The position numbers were made by a program, and so were the translations under genes. Source: Pelagomonas calceolata (lineage: Eukaryota). Taken from it: a stretch of 64,000 nucleotides of DNA. The notes below the pieces were generated by a model that did no database searches, was not told where the DNA came from, and saw nothing but the letters and a program-made list of their open reading frames with translations. The stretch lies in the NCBI GenBank assembly GCA_918797485.1, contig CAKKNE010000004.1:4402001-4466000 (forward strand). Reading direction: 5' to 3'. Below, piece by piece: positions 11,301-22,506 of this stretch (position 1 is its first letter; each line of letters starts with the position of its first letter).

Positions 11301-14300
11301 GATCGGCGAGCGCGGGTGAGCTGTAATAGCCGACGCTGACGTTCGCGAAGGGGTTCACCGTCGTGTTCACAAACACTGGCTCCGTCGATGACCCCACGTT
11401 CTGGTAATAGTAGAGCTTGCCGTCCTCCGCCCCGATGACGAGGTCGACATCGCCGTCGTCGTCCAAGTCTGAAAAGTGCGGGGCGCTATTCTTCCCGACG
11501 TCTATGCCGGCAAAGGGGTCGTCCGCCGCGCCCTCGACCTTCTCGAAGCCCATCGAGCCCACGTTGCGGTAGTAGACGAGTTTGCCGCCCGAACTTCCCA
11601 CTACCAGATCGATGGCGCCGTCGCCGTGAATGTCCACCAAACTCGGCGTGCTATCGGCGTCGCCCACGACAACGCCGTCGAGCAGATCCGTCCTTTCGAA
11701 GAGGGGCTTCCCCGCGTCGCCGACGTTCTCGTACAAGACGAGCCCGCCGTCCGCCGAACCCATGATGATGTCCTCGTCACCGTCCCCGTCCACATCCGCA
11801 AATGCCGGAGCGCCGTTCCCTCCGGCTCCCTCGACGGATTCGAGTGGGCTTATCGCGTCGGCCCGAGCTATCAACTCTGGGGCCGTAGATGTTCCCCTGT
11901 TTACGTAGAGGCCGAGCGCGCCGTCTTGACGTCCCAACACGAGGTCCACGTCGCTGTCGTCGTCAAGATCCACGAACACCGGGGAGCCGTAGGTCTCGGA
12001 AATGCCATCGAAGGGATTGTCGCTCTCGGTCCGGGCCATGAAGAGCGGCTGACCGGTGAAGCCCACGTTCTCGAAGTAGCGCATCTTCCAGACCTGGCCT
12101 TCCCTAAGGACGACGACCAGGTCCAGGTCGCCGTCTCCCTCGACGTCCGCGAGCGTCGGCACGCTGCTGTCGCGGCCGACGTCGATGCTGCTGAACGGGT
12201 CCGCCTCGTCCGTCCGCTCCTCGAACCGCGGCACCGTCGCGTTGCCCGTGTTTTGGAAGAAGGCGAGCCTGTCGTCGAGGTGGCCTGTGCAGAAATCAAA
12301 TTTCGCGGCGCAAGCAAGACGGGCTGGTTGATACCCACACTGGAGCTGGCCCAGGATCAAATCTACAGCGCCGTCGTTGTCCACGTCGGCGAGCGTCGGC
12401 TTCGGGTGCGTGTATCCCTTGCCGGTAACAGCCGCGAGCAGATTATCGTTTTTCTCGAACGTCGGCGCCTCTCGGCTCCCCGTGTTTTCCAGAAACGCGA
12501 CGGTGCCGTCGTAGCTTCCGATCACGACGTCCAGATCACCTGCGCGGCGGGACGTAGGTCGTGGCGAGGTGGAAGCCGCGGACGCCGGACCGACCGTCCG
12601 CGTCTAGGTCAGCCAGCGCCGGAGCGCTCTTCGAGCCGGCGTCGATGCCGTCGAACGGGTTCGCGCCTTGGGTTCGTCTCTCGAATCTTCCTTCCACGTT
12701 CTCGAAGTAGAGCAGCTTGCCGCCACTCTCGACGCCCAGAACTAGATCCAGGTCCCCGTCTCCATCAAGATCTCCGAACGCCGGGCTTGCGTACGCGCCG
12801 CCGTCGATGCCCTCGAAGGGGGCGTTCGCGACCACTTCCGAGAATCTATGCGTGTTGCCCCAGCAAACTTCAGCGTCGCGGAGCCTGCAGTACGGCGTTG
12901 CGTCGGCCGTCGGCGCGTACTCGTAGGGCAGGGCCGGCGCCGGAGTGGCGTCCGGCGAGAGAGTCGGCCGCAGCGTGGGGTGTTGAGACGGATTCGGCGT
13001 AGGCTTGGGCGTCGGCTGGTGCGTAGGGCTGCCCGGCTCCGTTGTGGGGCGTGGCGTCGGCTGCATGGCCAGCACGCACGACATGAAGCCGCCTGTGCAT
13101 AAATTAACCAGTGAGTCGGGTGCACAATAGCGGCCGTGCTGGCTGGAACGAGACGCGCCGCGACAATTTGATTTATGCACTGGTAGCCGCTGCTGTCGGG
13201 CACGGGGGAGGCCCCCTGCTGGCACCAGCACTCGCCCACGCCGGATTCAGGCAAGTTCGCGATCTCGAAGTCAGGGCACTGATCCATTACTTTCTCAATA
13301 CACTCGTCGGGCGAAGACACCTGGCCGACCGATTGCTCGCCGTCCGTGTTACTATTGCTCTCGACCCAGCCGCAGCCGTTCCAGAGCGCGGCGACGTCGG
13401 GGTCGACGCAGTCGTAGCCACTCTCCCCACACGTATTTGTGGAAGTGGAGACGCACGTCGACGCGCAGCAGTCTCCCTTGTCGTAATTGCAAGACTCGAC
13501 GTTGTTCTGGGAGTCACAATAACCGTCGCCGGCCCAATCTAAGTAATAGCAGTCGAGCCCGGTCGTCGCCGCCTCGGGAGCACCCACGTCCTCGACCGAA
13601 GCCGCGGCGAATACGTCGGCCACGCCAGCGTCGGCAGCAGCGCCCTGTACGGCCGAGAGGAAGTCTGAGGCGGTGTGGCTCGCGGCCGCGTCGACCGCGG
13701 CGGCAGCGGCTGCGGGAGAATCGTAGAGGACTACGTAGCTGACGACGACGCTCCCGCTTTGGAGACGCCTTCGGCCAGATGAAAACGTCACAATAACTTT
13801 GCTGGCGGCGACGTTGTAGAGGTCGGCGACCGCCGACGCGTAGACGTTCGCATTCGCCTCGGCTTCTGCCAGCGTGATGCCCTCGCAAGTAATCGTGCCC
13901 TCGACGGCGTCCGAGGTCTCAGGCGTCGGCGCGGGCGTCGGCCGAGGCGTCGGGCGCGGCGTCGGTCGCTGCGTCGGCGCCGGTGTCGGCCGCGCAGTAG
14001 GTTCGCCGGGCGCCACCGATGGCGCCGGCGTCGGGCGCGCGGTTGGACGCGCAGTCGGTCGCGGCGACGGGCGCGCAGTCGGATCGCCGGGCGCCACCGT
14101 CGGCACTGGCGTTGGGCGTGGCGTCGGCAGCGGATGGGGTACTTCGGTCGGGAACGGCGTCGGTCTCGGCAATGGGCGCGCGGTCGGATCACCGGGTGCC
14201 ACCGTCGGCACCGGCGTCGGGCGCGGCGTCGGGCGCGGAGATGGCGCTGACGTCGGTACATAAGACGGGTGCGGATGGGGTACTTCGGTCGGGAACGGCG

Positions 14301-17300
14301 TCGGTCTCGGCACTGGTCGTGCCGTCGGATCTCCAGCTTTGGGCGAAGGCTCCGGCGTCGGGCGCGGAGATGGTACTGACGTCGGTACTTCGGTCGGGCG
14401 CGGCGTCGGCGGGTTGACGGGAACATCTGGGTCAACGCAGTCGTAGTTCCCACAGGTATAAGAGGTCGACGAAACGCACGTCGCCTCGCAGCAATCTCCG
14501 CCGTCGTACGAGCACGCAGCGTTGTTGTTTGACGAGTCGCACATGCCGTCGCCGATCCAGTTCGGAGTGCCTGCACAGGACGCCGAGCAGTCGCCGTTCT
14601 CGTCCTTTTGCAAGACGCCGCACGACATCGACGCGCATGGGGTGTTGGAGAACGCCTCGTACAGGCTCACATCGTTGTCCACGCACCAGCCGAGGTCCTG
14701 GTCGAAGGCCGAGGCTTCGTTGAAAATCTTATGCATACTCGTGACGCTGTCGATACTCCAGTCGCTGAGGTCCTGGTCGAAGGCCGAGGCACCGCTGAAC
14801 ATCTGTTGCATGTCCGTGACGCTGTCGACTGCCCAACCACTGATGTCTTGGTTGAAGGCCGACGCGCGTTGGAACATCGCTAGCATATTCATGACGCTGT
14901 GAACTGCCCAACCACCAATGTTCTGGTTAAAGGCCGAGGCGTCGCAGAACATAAAGTACATGCTCGTGACACCGGAGGTATCCCACGCGCTGATGTCCTC
15001 GTTAAAGGACGCCGCTGCTGTGTTGCAAAAAGATCCTGTACTTCCGCAAAACAAAAATTGCATGCTAGTCACCCCCGAAGTCTCCCACGTAGAAATGTGG
15101 CCGTACGAAGCCTCGGCGGCCGTCGGATCCGAAAGCCACGCAGCGACGGCCGTTTTGATGTTGCTGTCGGTCATGACATTGTTCGTCTGCTGTACCGGGC
15201 GCGGCGTCGGATTCGGAATTGGCAGCAGTGTGGGGGCAGGTGCTGGCTGAGGCGTCGGATTTGGGACTGGTCGTGCCGTCGGATCTCCAGCTTTGGGCGA
15301 AGGCTCCGGCGTCGGGCGCGGAGATGGCGCTGACGTCGGTACTTCGGTCGGGCGCGGCGTCGGATTCGGAATTGGCAGCAGTGTGGGGGCAGGTGCTGGC
15401 CGCGGCGTCGGATTTGGCACTGGCCGCGGCGTCGGAGCGCAGGCGTCGCCCTGCAGGACGCCACACGACGTCGAGGAGCACCCGCTTATGATGAACGCGG
15501 AGCTCAGGCTCACGCTGTCGTCCACGCACCAGCCGAGGTCCTGGTCGAAGGCCGACGCGTAGTAGAACATGGAGTTCATCGACGTGACGCCGGAGGTGTC
15601 CCACGCGCCGATGTCCTGGTCAAACGACATGGCGCCGTAGAACATGTACTCCATCGACGTGACGCCGGAGGTGTCCCACGCGCCGAGGTCCTGGTCGAAG
15701 GCCGTGTTCACCGCGAACATGCCCTCCATGCTTTTGACGCCAGAGGTGTCCCAATCACCAATTTCCTGGTTAAACGACGAGCCAGAAAACATGTAGTCCA
15801 TGCTTGTGACGCTGTGGACCGCCCAATCACCGATGTCTCGGTTAAATGCAGCGGCGCCGTCGAACATCGACTCCATCGACGTGACGCCGGAGGTATCCCA
15901 CGAGCTAATGTCCTCGTTGAAGGACGCTGCCCCCGAGTTGAAGTAGTCACAATAGTCCCCGGCGCAAAACAACTCATCCATGTCAGTCACCCCTGAAGTC
16001 TCCCACGTGGAAATGAGGCCGTACGTCGCCTCGGCTGCCGTCGCGTCCGCGAGCCACGCCGTGACGGCCGTTTTGATGTTGCTGTCGGTCATGACATAGT
16101 TCGTCAGCTGCACCGGGCGCGGCGTCGGATTTGGGACTGGCTGAGGCGTCGGCCGTGCCGTTGGGTCCCCAGGGATGATGCAACTGGCGTCCGAAGGGGA
16201 TTCGCAGTAGACCTCGGCATTAACTATAGTGGACGTGCAGCACGAGATGCCGTCAGCGTAACTGTTACAGTCCGTTCCACCGCATGCTCCGCATCTTTCA
16301 TCGCAGCAAATGTCGTTGTCTGAGTACGAAGTCGAGGTGCTGATCCCACAGGAACACCAGTCGTCGGATTCCGAGGCTGTGCAGGCGTCTGGATCATTAC
16401 AGCTGTACCCGTTCACTCCGCAGTCATAGACGTCGGTTGAAATGCACGTCGACTCGCAGCAGTCCCCACCGTCGTACTCGCAGGAAGCCACGTTGTTGCT
16501 TGGGGTGCAATAGCCGTTGCCTTGATACGATGGGTACGCACAAGATACGGCACACGTGACCGAGATGGCGGAGTTCGTTTGCCACTCGGACCCGGTCCAC
16601 TCGGTCCAATCTCCGGACACGTCCGCGAGGTCTGCATCTGTGAAGATATACATGCCTATAGAGTCTGTGCCGCAGCCCCCCGAGCCAATGGCCCAGTACC
16701 CGCCAGTGTGATACCAGAGGTATTGCGTGCTGCTACAGTCGTCGCACTTCCAGCTGGGGTGGCCGTCGCACGACCCACTTTGTTCATAGGTCCCATGCCT
16801 GCCGCTTTGATAGCTGGTTCCGGACACGACGATGTCACACCTCTTGCTGCCACCACACTTGCAGCACTGGACGTTCGACGAGAAATCCGCGTCGTCATAA
16901 TCTCCGCTACAGTTGTCATTATTGTCGTACCAACCGGAGCACGTATCGCCAAAGTCATCGCTGGTCGAATCGTCGTTCACGCACGTGTCAAGGCGCCGCC
17001 GCCTGCGACAAAACAAGGGTCATCAAAAATACGAGTTCAAAAGTCGACGCGGGACGCGAACGACTGCGCCGGGCGCACGCTCCTCATAAACTCGGGCTCG
17101 GCAGCGACTGCGCTGTGCTCGACCGCGGAAGGGCGCTCCGCCGCGGCCGGCACGACAGCGTTATCGTTGCGTTTGACCGCGACGGAGGGGCGCTCGTGCC
17201 CGGGCGCGCGCTCAGCCGCGGCGCCCAGGCCCGTCAACGCCAGCAGCAGCACGCCGACGACGCTCCGCGACGAGTGCGCGACGAGTGCCTTTTGATGGGA

Positions 17301-17327
17301 GCTGCGCTTCTTTTGAGGAGGCGCCAT
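5305..17327 (-). CDS. Giant (~3,900 aa) multidomain cell-surface receptor-like protein: signal, LNR-like Cys repeats, PT-rich stalks, 2x DUF285/BspA-type repeats, FG-GAP propeller repeats, EGF, multi-TM domain, long P/A/K-rich tail with an SH3b-like domain
   Basis: Four ORFs join in frame via introns ~17003-17091 (donor uncertain), 13093-13190 (GC-AG introner), 12540-12594 (GT-AG) and 12285-12350 (GC-AG introner); motifs [50 protein letters not shown]. Confidence 0.82.
12277..12350 (-). mobile_element. Introner element IE2 (66-nt GC-AG intron 12285-12350, in frame and stop-free)
   Basis: Degenerate TIRs ctgtgcagaaatcaa / ttgatacccacactg; TSD gaggtggc / gagctggc; removal restores FG-GAP repeat [14 protein letters not shown]. 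Confidence 0.85.
13085..13190 (-). mobile_element. Introner element IE3 (98-nt GC-AG intron 13093-13190)
   Basis: TIRs ctgtgcataaattaa / ttgatttatgcactg; TSD gaagccgc / gtagccgc; removal joins PDSS-GFMSCVL across two ORFs. Confidence 0.88.
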
Positions 17328-17726
17328 CGCGCCGGGAGGTGCTGCCCTGTCTTCACCCCCCACCTGTGCCATGGCAGCGGTCTTTACATCGGGGCAGCTG
17401 CCCATCGTCATCGTGCCCCCGTCGCTGAGTGCTGCCTTGGTCGTGTCCTCGAATTTGTCTAACCTGAATGGGCAGCCCTCGTGCGCTCGTTGCTGCTCCC
17501 CGCAATACCTCGTTGAGCCCTCCCCATCAACCGGAGAGCCCTTGTTGCTTTTCTTGGTCCTCCGCACGGGCAACTCCTTGGCGCACCACGTTTAGCTCTG
17601 GGTCTGGCAGTCGAGACGGGTCGTCTTTTCGTGCGGGTATGGTCTCATTTTGCTCTCTGCTAGGTGCAGCAAGCGACACGCTGAGAGAACAACTGCAGCA
17701 CTGTGGCAACGACTCATAAAGGACAG

Positions 17727-18552
17727 ATGCGGACAACGTTGTGCGCAGCGTTCGCCAGCATCGCCGCAGCACTGCGGACGACGCACCGACGAGCGCTGCT
17801 GCTGAGCCCCGCGTCTCTCTACCCGCTTGCCGTGCGCGCGGAGCCGCTGCCCTCGGGCCGCAAGGAGCTCTACGCGCTCGTGTGCGCCGCCGCGTGGGTA
17901 CTCAATCGAGCCGCGGGGGGTCGCTGATGACGGCGATGCTGCCTTCCTATTGACGACACGAGTGAAACGACCATTGCTTCGCGTTCTGGCGCCTTCGCCG
18001 GCGCCGCCTGAGACCCCCGCGCCGCTTCTCGCCCGCCGCCGCGCTGCCTCCCTCTCCCGATTCACACGTCGCCGCGCGCAGCGCCGACGCGCGGCGGCAG
18101 CTCGACCCCGTGCCCGGCGGTGCATAAATCAAATGGTCGACGCGACGTCAGCACGACGGCGTCGCGTCGATGTCACTGGTTGATTTTGTGCTCAGGTGCC
18201 CGGGCTCCTCGAGGCGCGCAAGTGGGACTCCGTGCGCGCGATCCTCATCACGCCGCCCCTCTCGGACTGCTGGGGCAAGAACGCGCGGCCGCTGCTGCGC
18301 GACTTCGCGGCGGCGCTTGGTGACAGCGGTGGCGACGAGCTGGCCGCGCTCGAGGCGCGCGAGGACGCGATGAGCCACCTGCGGTATCTGGATATGGCCG
18401 TCTACAACAACGTCTTCAGCCCGGCCGGCGGCGACGCGGCCGTGAGCGCGTCGAAGGACCTCGTCCGGCAGTACGTCGAGCTGCCGGCGCAGGAGCTCGC
18501 AGCGTCCACGAAGGCCCTCGACATTCTCGTCGACCTGGGTAAGGTGAAGTAG
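17727..18552 (+). CDS. Probable plastid thylakoid-lumen protein (PsbQ-like helical fold, uncertain)
   Basis: Signal peptide, then RRALL twin-arginine-like segment and AxA-like site; introns 17882-18081 (GT-AG) and 18110-18195 (introner) give a continuous frame ...ELYALVADARRQLDPVPGLLEARKWDSVRAIL... Confidence 0.65.
18110..18203 (+). mobile_element. Introner element IE4 (86-nt GT-AG intron 18110-18195)
   Basis: Perfect TSD gtgcccgg at 18110-18117 and 18196-18203; ends cggtgcataaatcaa / ttgattttgtgctcag. Confidence 0.88.
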
Positions 18553-18561
18553 TGAGTACTT

Positions 18562-19430
18562 TTAGTTGCCCCGGGCGGCGGCCATGCGCTCGCGGAGCGG
18601 CACGCGCTTCCTGTCGCCGGCGGCGCGCTTGGGCTTGGCGGGGAAGCGGAGCGCGACGAGCGCCGACGAGTCGCCTGCCCCGAGCGCCTCCGCCGAGGCC
18701 TCCGCGAACGCGTCCCGGTCCGGCGCCGGCGCGAGCGCGCGGAGGAGGGCGGTGGCCGCGGCGCGGTCGCGCGTCGCCACTTGCAGGGCCGCCCCGCAGG
18801 TGGCGGTGAAGCGTGCGCCGCCAGGCGGCGCGTCGGCGCCTGTGTGGGAAATGAAAATTTGGTCCGCGAGATGACCTAACTCACTGCGTGATTTCCACAC
18901 GGGTCGGCGCCGGCGAGAAGGAGGCGCGTGGCGGTCTCAGCGGCGAGCGTCTTGCGCGCCTTCGAGCCGGCCGCGCAGTGTTTGACGACGGCGTCGAGCG
19001 CGGCCGCGTCGCCGGTCGCCGCGAGGGCGTGGAGCGCGCGCCGCGCGGCCGCGGCGAGGAACTTGAGCTCGTGCGTCGCGCGGGCCAGGAGGCTCGCGAC
19101 GACGGCCTCAGCGTCTTCCGCCGTGGCGGGCGGCACTCCCGCGAGGAGCAGGTCGCCGAGCGCCTCGAGCGCGGCGCGCGCCGAGGCGGATCGCAGGTCG
19201 CGCGACTCCTTCGCGAGGAACGAGAAGAGGTCCGGCGGCCGGCCGTCGAGGCCGCCCTCGTCGCGGGCCCGGCGCCGGACGGCCAGGACCGCCGCGTGCC
19301 GCGGCCGCCAGGCGTCCGGCGCCTGCAGATTCATGAGGTCGCAGATCTCGGGCCAGGCGAGGAGCGCGGCGGCGTCCTCGTCGGGAGCGTCGCCCGGCGC
19401 GGCGTCGTCTAGTATTGGCGGTGTTGCCAT
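18562..19430 (-). CDS. HEAT/TOG (CLASP N-terminal-like) helical repeat protein
   Basis: W..RHAAVLAVRR and DLRSASARAALEALGDL resemble CLASP_N; two ORFs are joined by GC-AG introner intron 18840-18910. Confidence 0.6.
18832..18910 (-). mobile_element. Introner element IE5 (71-nt GC-AG intron 18840-18910; element antisense to host)
   Basis: Perfect TSD gtcggcgc at 18832-18839 and 18903-18910; TIRs ctgtgtgggaaatga / tgatttccacacgg. Confidence 0.9.
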
Positions 19431-19722
19431 GATCAATGATTACTCTCAGAGCTGTTGTCCTCAAACCAAGTGCTTGCGCTAGGTACCGAGTGAGATATAC
19501 AGACGGGCAAACACGGCCGTGGGGCTCTCGCACCAGAGCGAGGACGGACGCGCGCGCGATTTCAAGTTTACCCCACTCTTACCCGCACCTTCTAGGCCCT
19601 GGCGTGTTAAGTACTCTCGCCTGGCGTGCGCGCCAGGATTCAACGCGCGGAGGACGGAGGCGAAACCCGGAGGCAGTGCAAGCAACAAAAGGTACACCAA
19701 CCGCACTTACCCAGCTCAAGAC

Positions 19723-21013
19723 CTAAGCCCAGCCCTTGTTCCCCGCCGTCGCCGCCATCTCGACGCCCTCGTCGTCGTCGTCGAGCTGCGTGCCGGCGAT
19801 GGCGTACGGGTTCGCCGGCGCCGCGCGCCGGGCCCGGATGCAGAACCCCACGCCGAAGCCGATCACGACGGCCAATAAAGCCGCGGCGACGTACATCCAG
19901 CCGTCGTCACCTGTGTGGAAATCAAAATTTCACGGCGCGTTCGTGCTGAATCGTCGCGTCGTCCTCCACGCCATCGACGCGACGCCTGCTCGAAGGCGTG
20001 GCGATGTGAATTCCTCATCGCTCGACCGAGCCAGGACGGCCGCGTCATCGCCGGGAAATGACTTAGTGCACCCGACGCACTGGTTGATTTCCACACAGGT
20101 CGTCACCGGACGGCGCCTCGTCCGGAGAAAGCGGCGGCGTCGGGCGCCGCGTGTGCGGCCGCGGCCGCGGCTTTGGCGCCGGCGTCGCTGCGGCCGCCTC
20201 TTTATCACCACCGCCATAATAGGAGTAGTAGTAGTCGTCGTCCCAGAACTCGGACTTGTATTTGGTGGTGGGTTGGAACGTCGGTTTGAGCGTCGGCGCC
20301 GACGGCGCCGGCGTCGCCGTCGGCGCAAACGTAAAAGTCGTCTTGTGGATGACGACGGACGCGTCCTTGAACCAGGGCCCGTAGAGGCCCTTGTAGTACT
20401 CCGAGTCGACGCCACCGTCCTCAAATAACAAATAGCGCGCGCCGACCATGTCGCCCCCACCAAAGGTGTGGTTGTGGTTCTCCCACACATCATTCCCGTA
20501 GCCCGCGCCGCCCTTCGTCTCGCACCACTGGTAGGCCTCCTCCGTGGTCACCTCCGAGTGTTTTCTACACGGTGCCCACCGCCTCAACTTATGCGTACAC
20601 TTCTCGTCGCTGCATAATGCTGCCCGCATGAAAAACTTGTCGACGCTGTAGAACTCCTTGACGTCCTCGGACACAACTACCGCGACCTCGCCGGCGTCGA
20701 TCATCTGCTCGGTGACGCGGCCGCCGACGAGCGGCACCGTCTGGCGCCGCGTGCAGGCCTGGTACGACGTCTTGAAGACGTGCTCGCAGGGCTGGGGGTT
20801 CTCGGGCGTCTCGCAGCCCTCCGTCTGGATGTGCGGCGCCCAGCCGGCGGTCACGGGCGGCGTCGCATTATACAAGCCGGGCACGACGTCGCGCCAGCCG
20901 TTCATCGAGGCCTCGTCGGGGCCGCCGTTGATGAGGAGGTTGCCCGTCAGGGCCTCCTGGATCTCTTCTCTATAGGCGCGCGCCGCGGCGGCGAGGAGGA
21001 GCAAGCGGCGCAT
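19723..21013 (-). CDS. Type I membrane protein with an extracellular FBA (F-box-associated, Fbs-type sugar-binding) domain
   Basis: Signal peptide MRRLLLLAAAARA; FBA motifs GNLLING, FKTSYQAC.R.Q.V.L and W....HTF....GARYLLFEDGGVDSEYYKGLYG; P/T stalk; after intron 19911-20106 a TM helix WMYVAAALLAVVIGFGVGFCI and a short acidic tail; stop at 19723-19725. Confidence 0.78.
19903..20106 (-). mobile_element. Introner element IE6 (188-bp body; 196-nt GT-AG intron 19911-20106; antisense to host)
   Basis: Perfect TIRs ctgtgtggaaatcaa / ttgatttccacacag; perfect TSD gtcgtcac. Confidence 0.95.
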
Positions 21014-21451
21014 CGCTGGAGCAGGGTTGCAATTGTTTTATTGTTTTATCACTGCCGCAGGGTTGCAAGTGTTTTGGGGGTTTCCGGATGCGGAGAGCGC
21101 TGTCGCTCGCACGGATTACAGTTTTTAGACGTAGCGTCGGCTGCGTAGCGTCGGCTGCAACGCGTTTTTATGCAAATGGCGCAAATGGCGCACGCTGTGC
21201 CGACGGCGGCGACGGAGGCTATGCCTTATTTTTGTTGCTTGGAACCCAGGAGAAACAATCACAACAGAACCGTCAGAAGATTCACGCGTCATGCCGCTGA
21301 CGAACTGTCTTGAGTTATAGGAGCGTCACTAAAAAATTCGGGTTTTCCAGGGCGCCAGCCAAAGACATTTAGTGCGCGCCTGCCCTTACTCGACGTCCGA
21401 GACGACGACGAGGGTCAACAAACGACGGGCGGGACGCCGCGGACTGTAAAA

Positions 21452-22331
21452 ATGGCGCAGGAACGGGACGACCTCGTCTACCTGGCAAAATTGGCGGAGC
21501 AGGCCGAGCGCTTCGACGAGATGGCGCGGCGCCGGCGCGGCGGTATTATTACCCCCTTCGTTTATTTATCATAGAGGAGACGAATTGATAAGGCGGCGCC
21601 GCGCGAGAGAGACGCGGCCCGCGCCGCGTCCGCGAACCGACGCCAAAACGCAGGTCGAGCACATGAAGGTCGTCGCGCGCATGCCGACGGAGCTGTCCGT
21701 CGAGGAGCGCAACTTACTGAGCGTGGCCTACAAGAACGTGATTGGGAGCAGACGCGCGTCGTGGCGCGTCATCTCGAGCATCGAGCAGAAGTCGGAAACC
21801 GCCAAAGCTTCCCTCATCGTGGCCTACAAGAAGAAGATCGAGACGGAGCTCGAGACGATCTGCGGCGACATCCTGACCATCATCCAGGACCAGCTCATTC
21901 CCCACAGTGCGGGCGACGAGGGCAAGGTCTTCTACTACAAGATGAAAGGCGACTACCACCGTTATTTGGCCGAGTTCCAGGCCGGCGATTTACGCAAGAC
22001 GTCCTCGACGGACGCCCTCGACTCCTACCAGCAGGCCTCGACGATCGCGAACAAGGAGCTCCCGCCGACGCACCCGATCCGCTTGGGTCTGGCGCTGAAC
22101 TTCTCGGTCTTCTACTACGAGATCCTCAACTCCCCGGATCGCGCCTGCCACATCGCGAAGCAGGCTTTTGATGATGCGATCGCGGAGCTCGACACGCTCT
22201 CCGAGCAGTCGTACAAGGACTCCACGCTCATCATGCAGCTCCTCCGCGACAACCTGACGCTCTGGACGAGTGATGCGGCCGACGCCGCGGAAACGTCCGC
22301 GCCGGCGGACTCGCAGGTCGGCGACGTCTGA
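21452..22331 (+). CDS. 14-3-3 protein
   Basis: Exon 1 [28 protein letters not shown] intron 21524-21653, then [34 protein letters not shown] and [16 protein letters not shown]. Confidence 0.97.
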
Positions 22332-22506
22332 GTCTCTCTCCCCCCTCTCCCCGTCTAAAAATTTATACCAAAGCCCGCGGCGTCCGGTGGCGGAACTATC
22401 CTGGAGCTTGGGGCGACGGCGTATGGGTGCCGCGTCGGCGTGGCTAGGCAGCCTAGCTCTAAGCAAAGCAACAAAGGGAAAGGGCACGAAGGTCACACTG
22501 AGCAAG

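Noticed and set aside
12540..12594. Possible introner
   Set aside because: Ordinary GT-AG intron with no TIR or TSD
13920..14420. PTPRPT tandem repeats as a non-coding satellite
   Set aside because: They are in frame within the giant receptor and encode a mucin-like stalk
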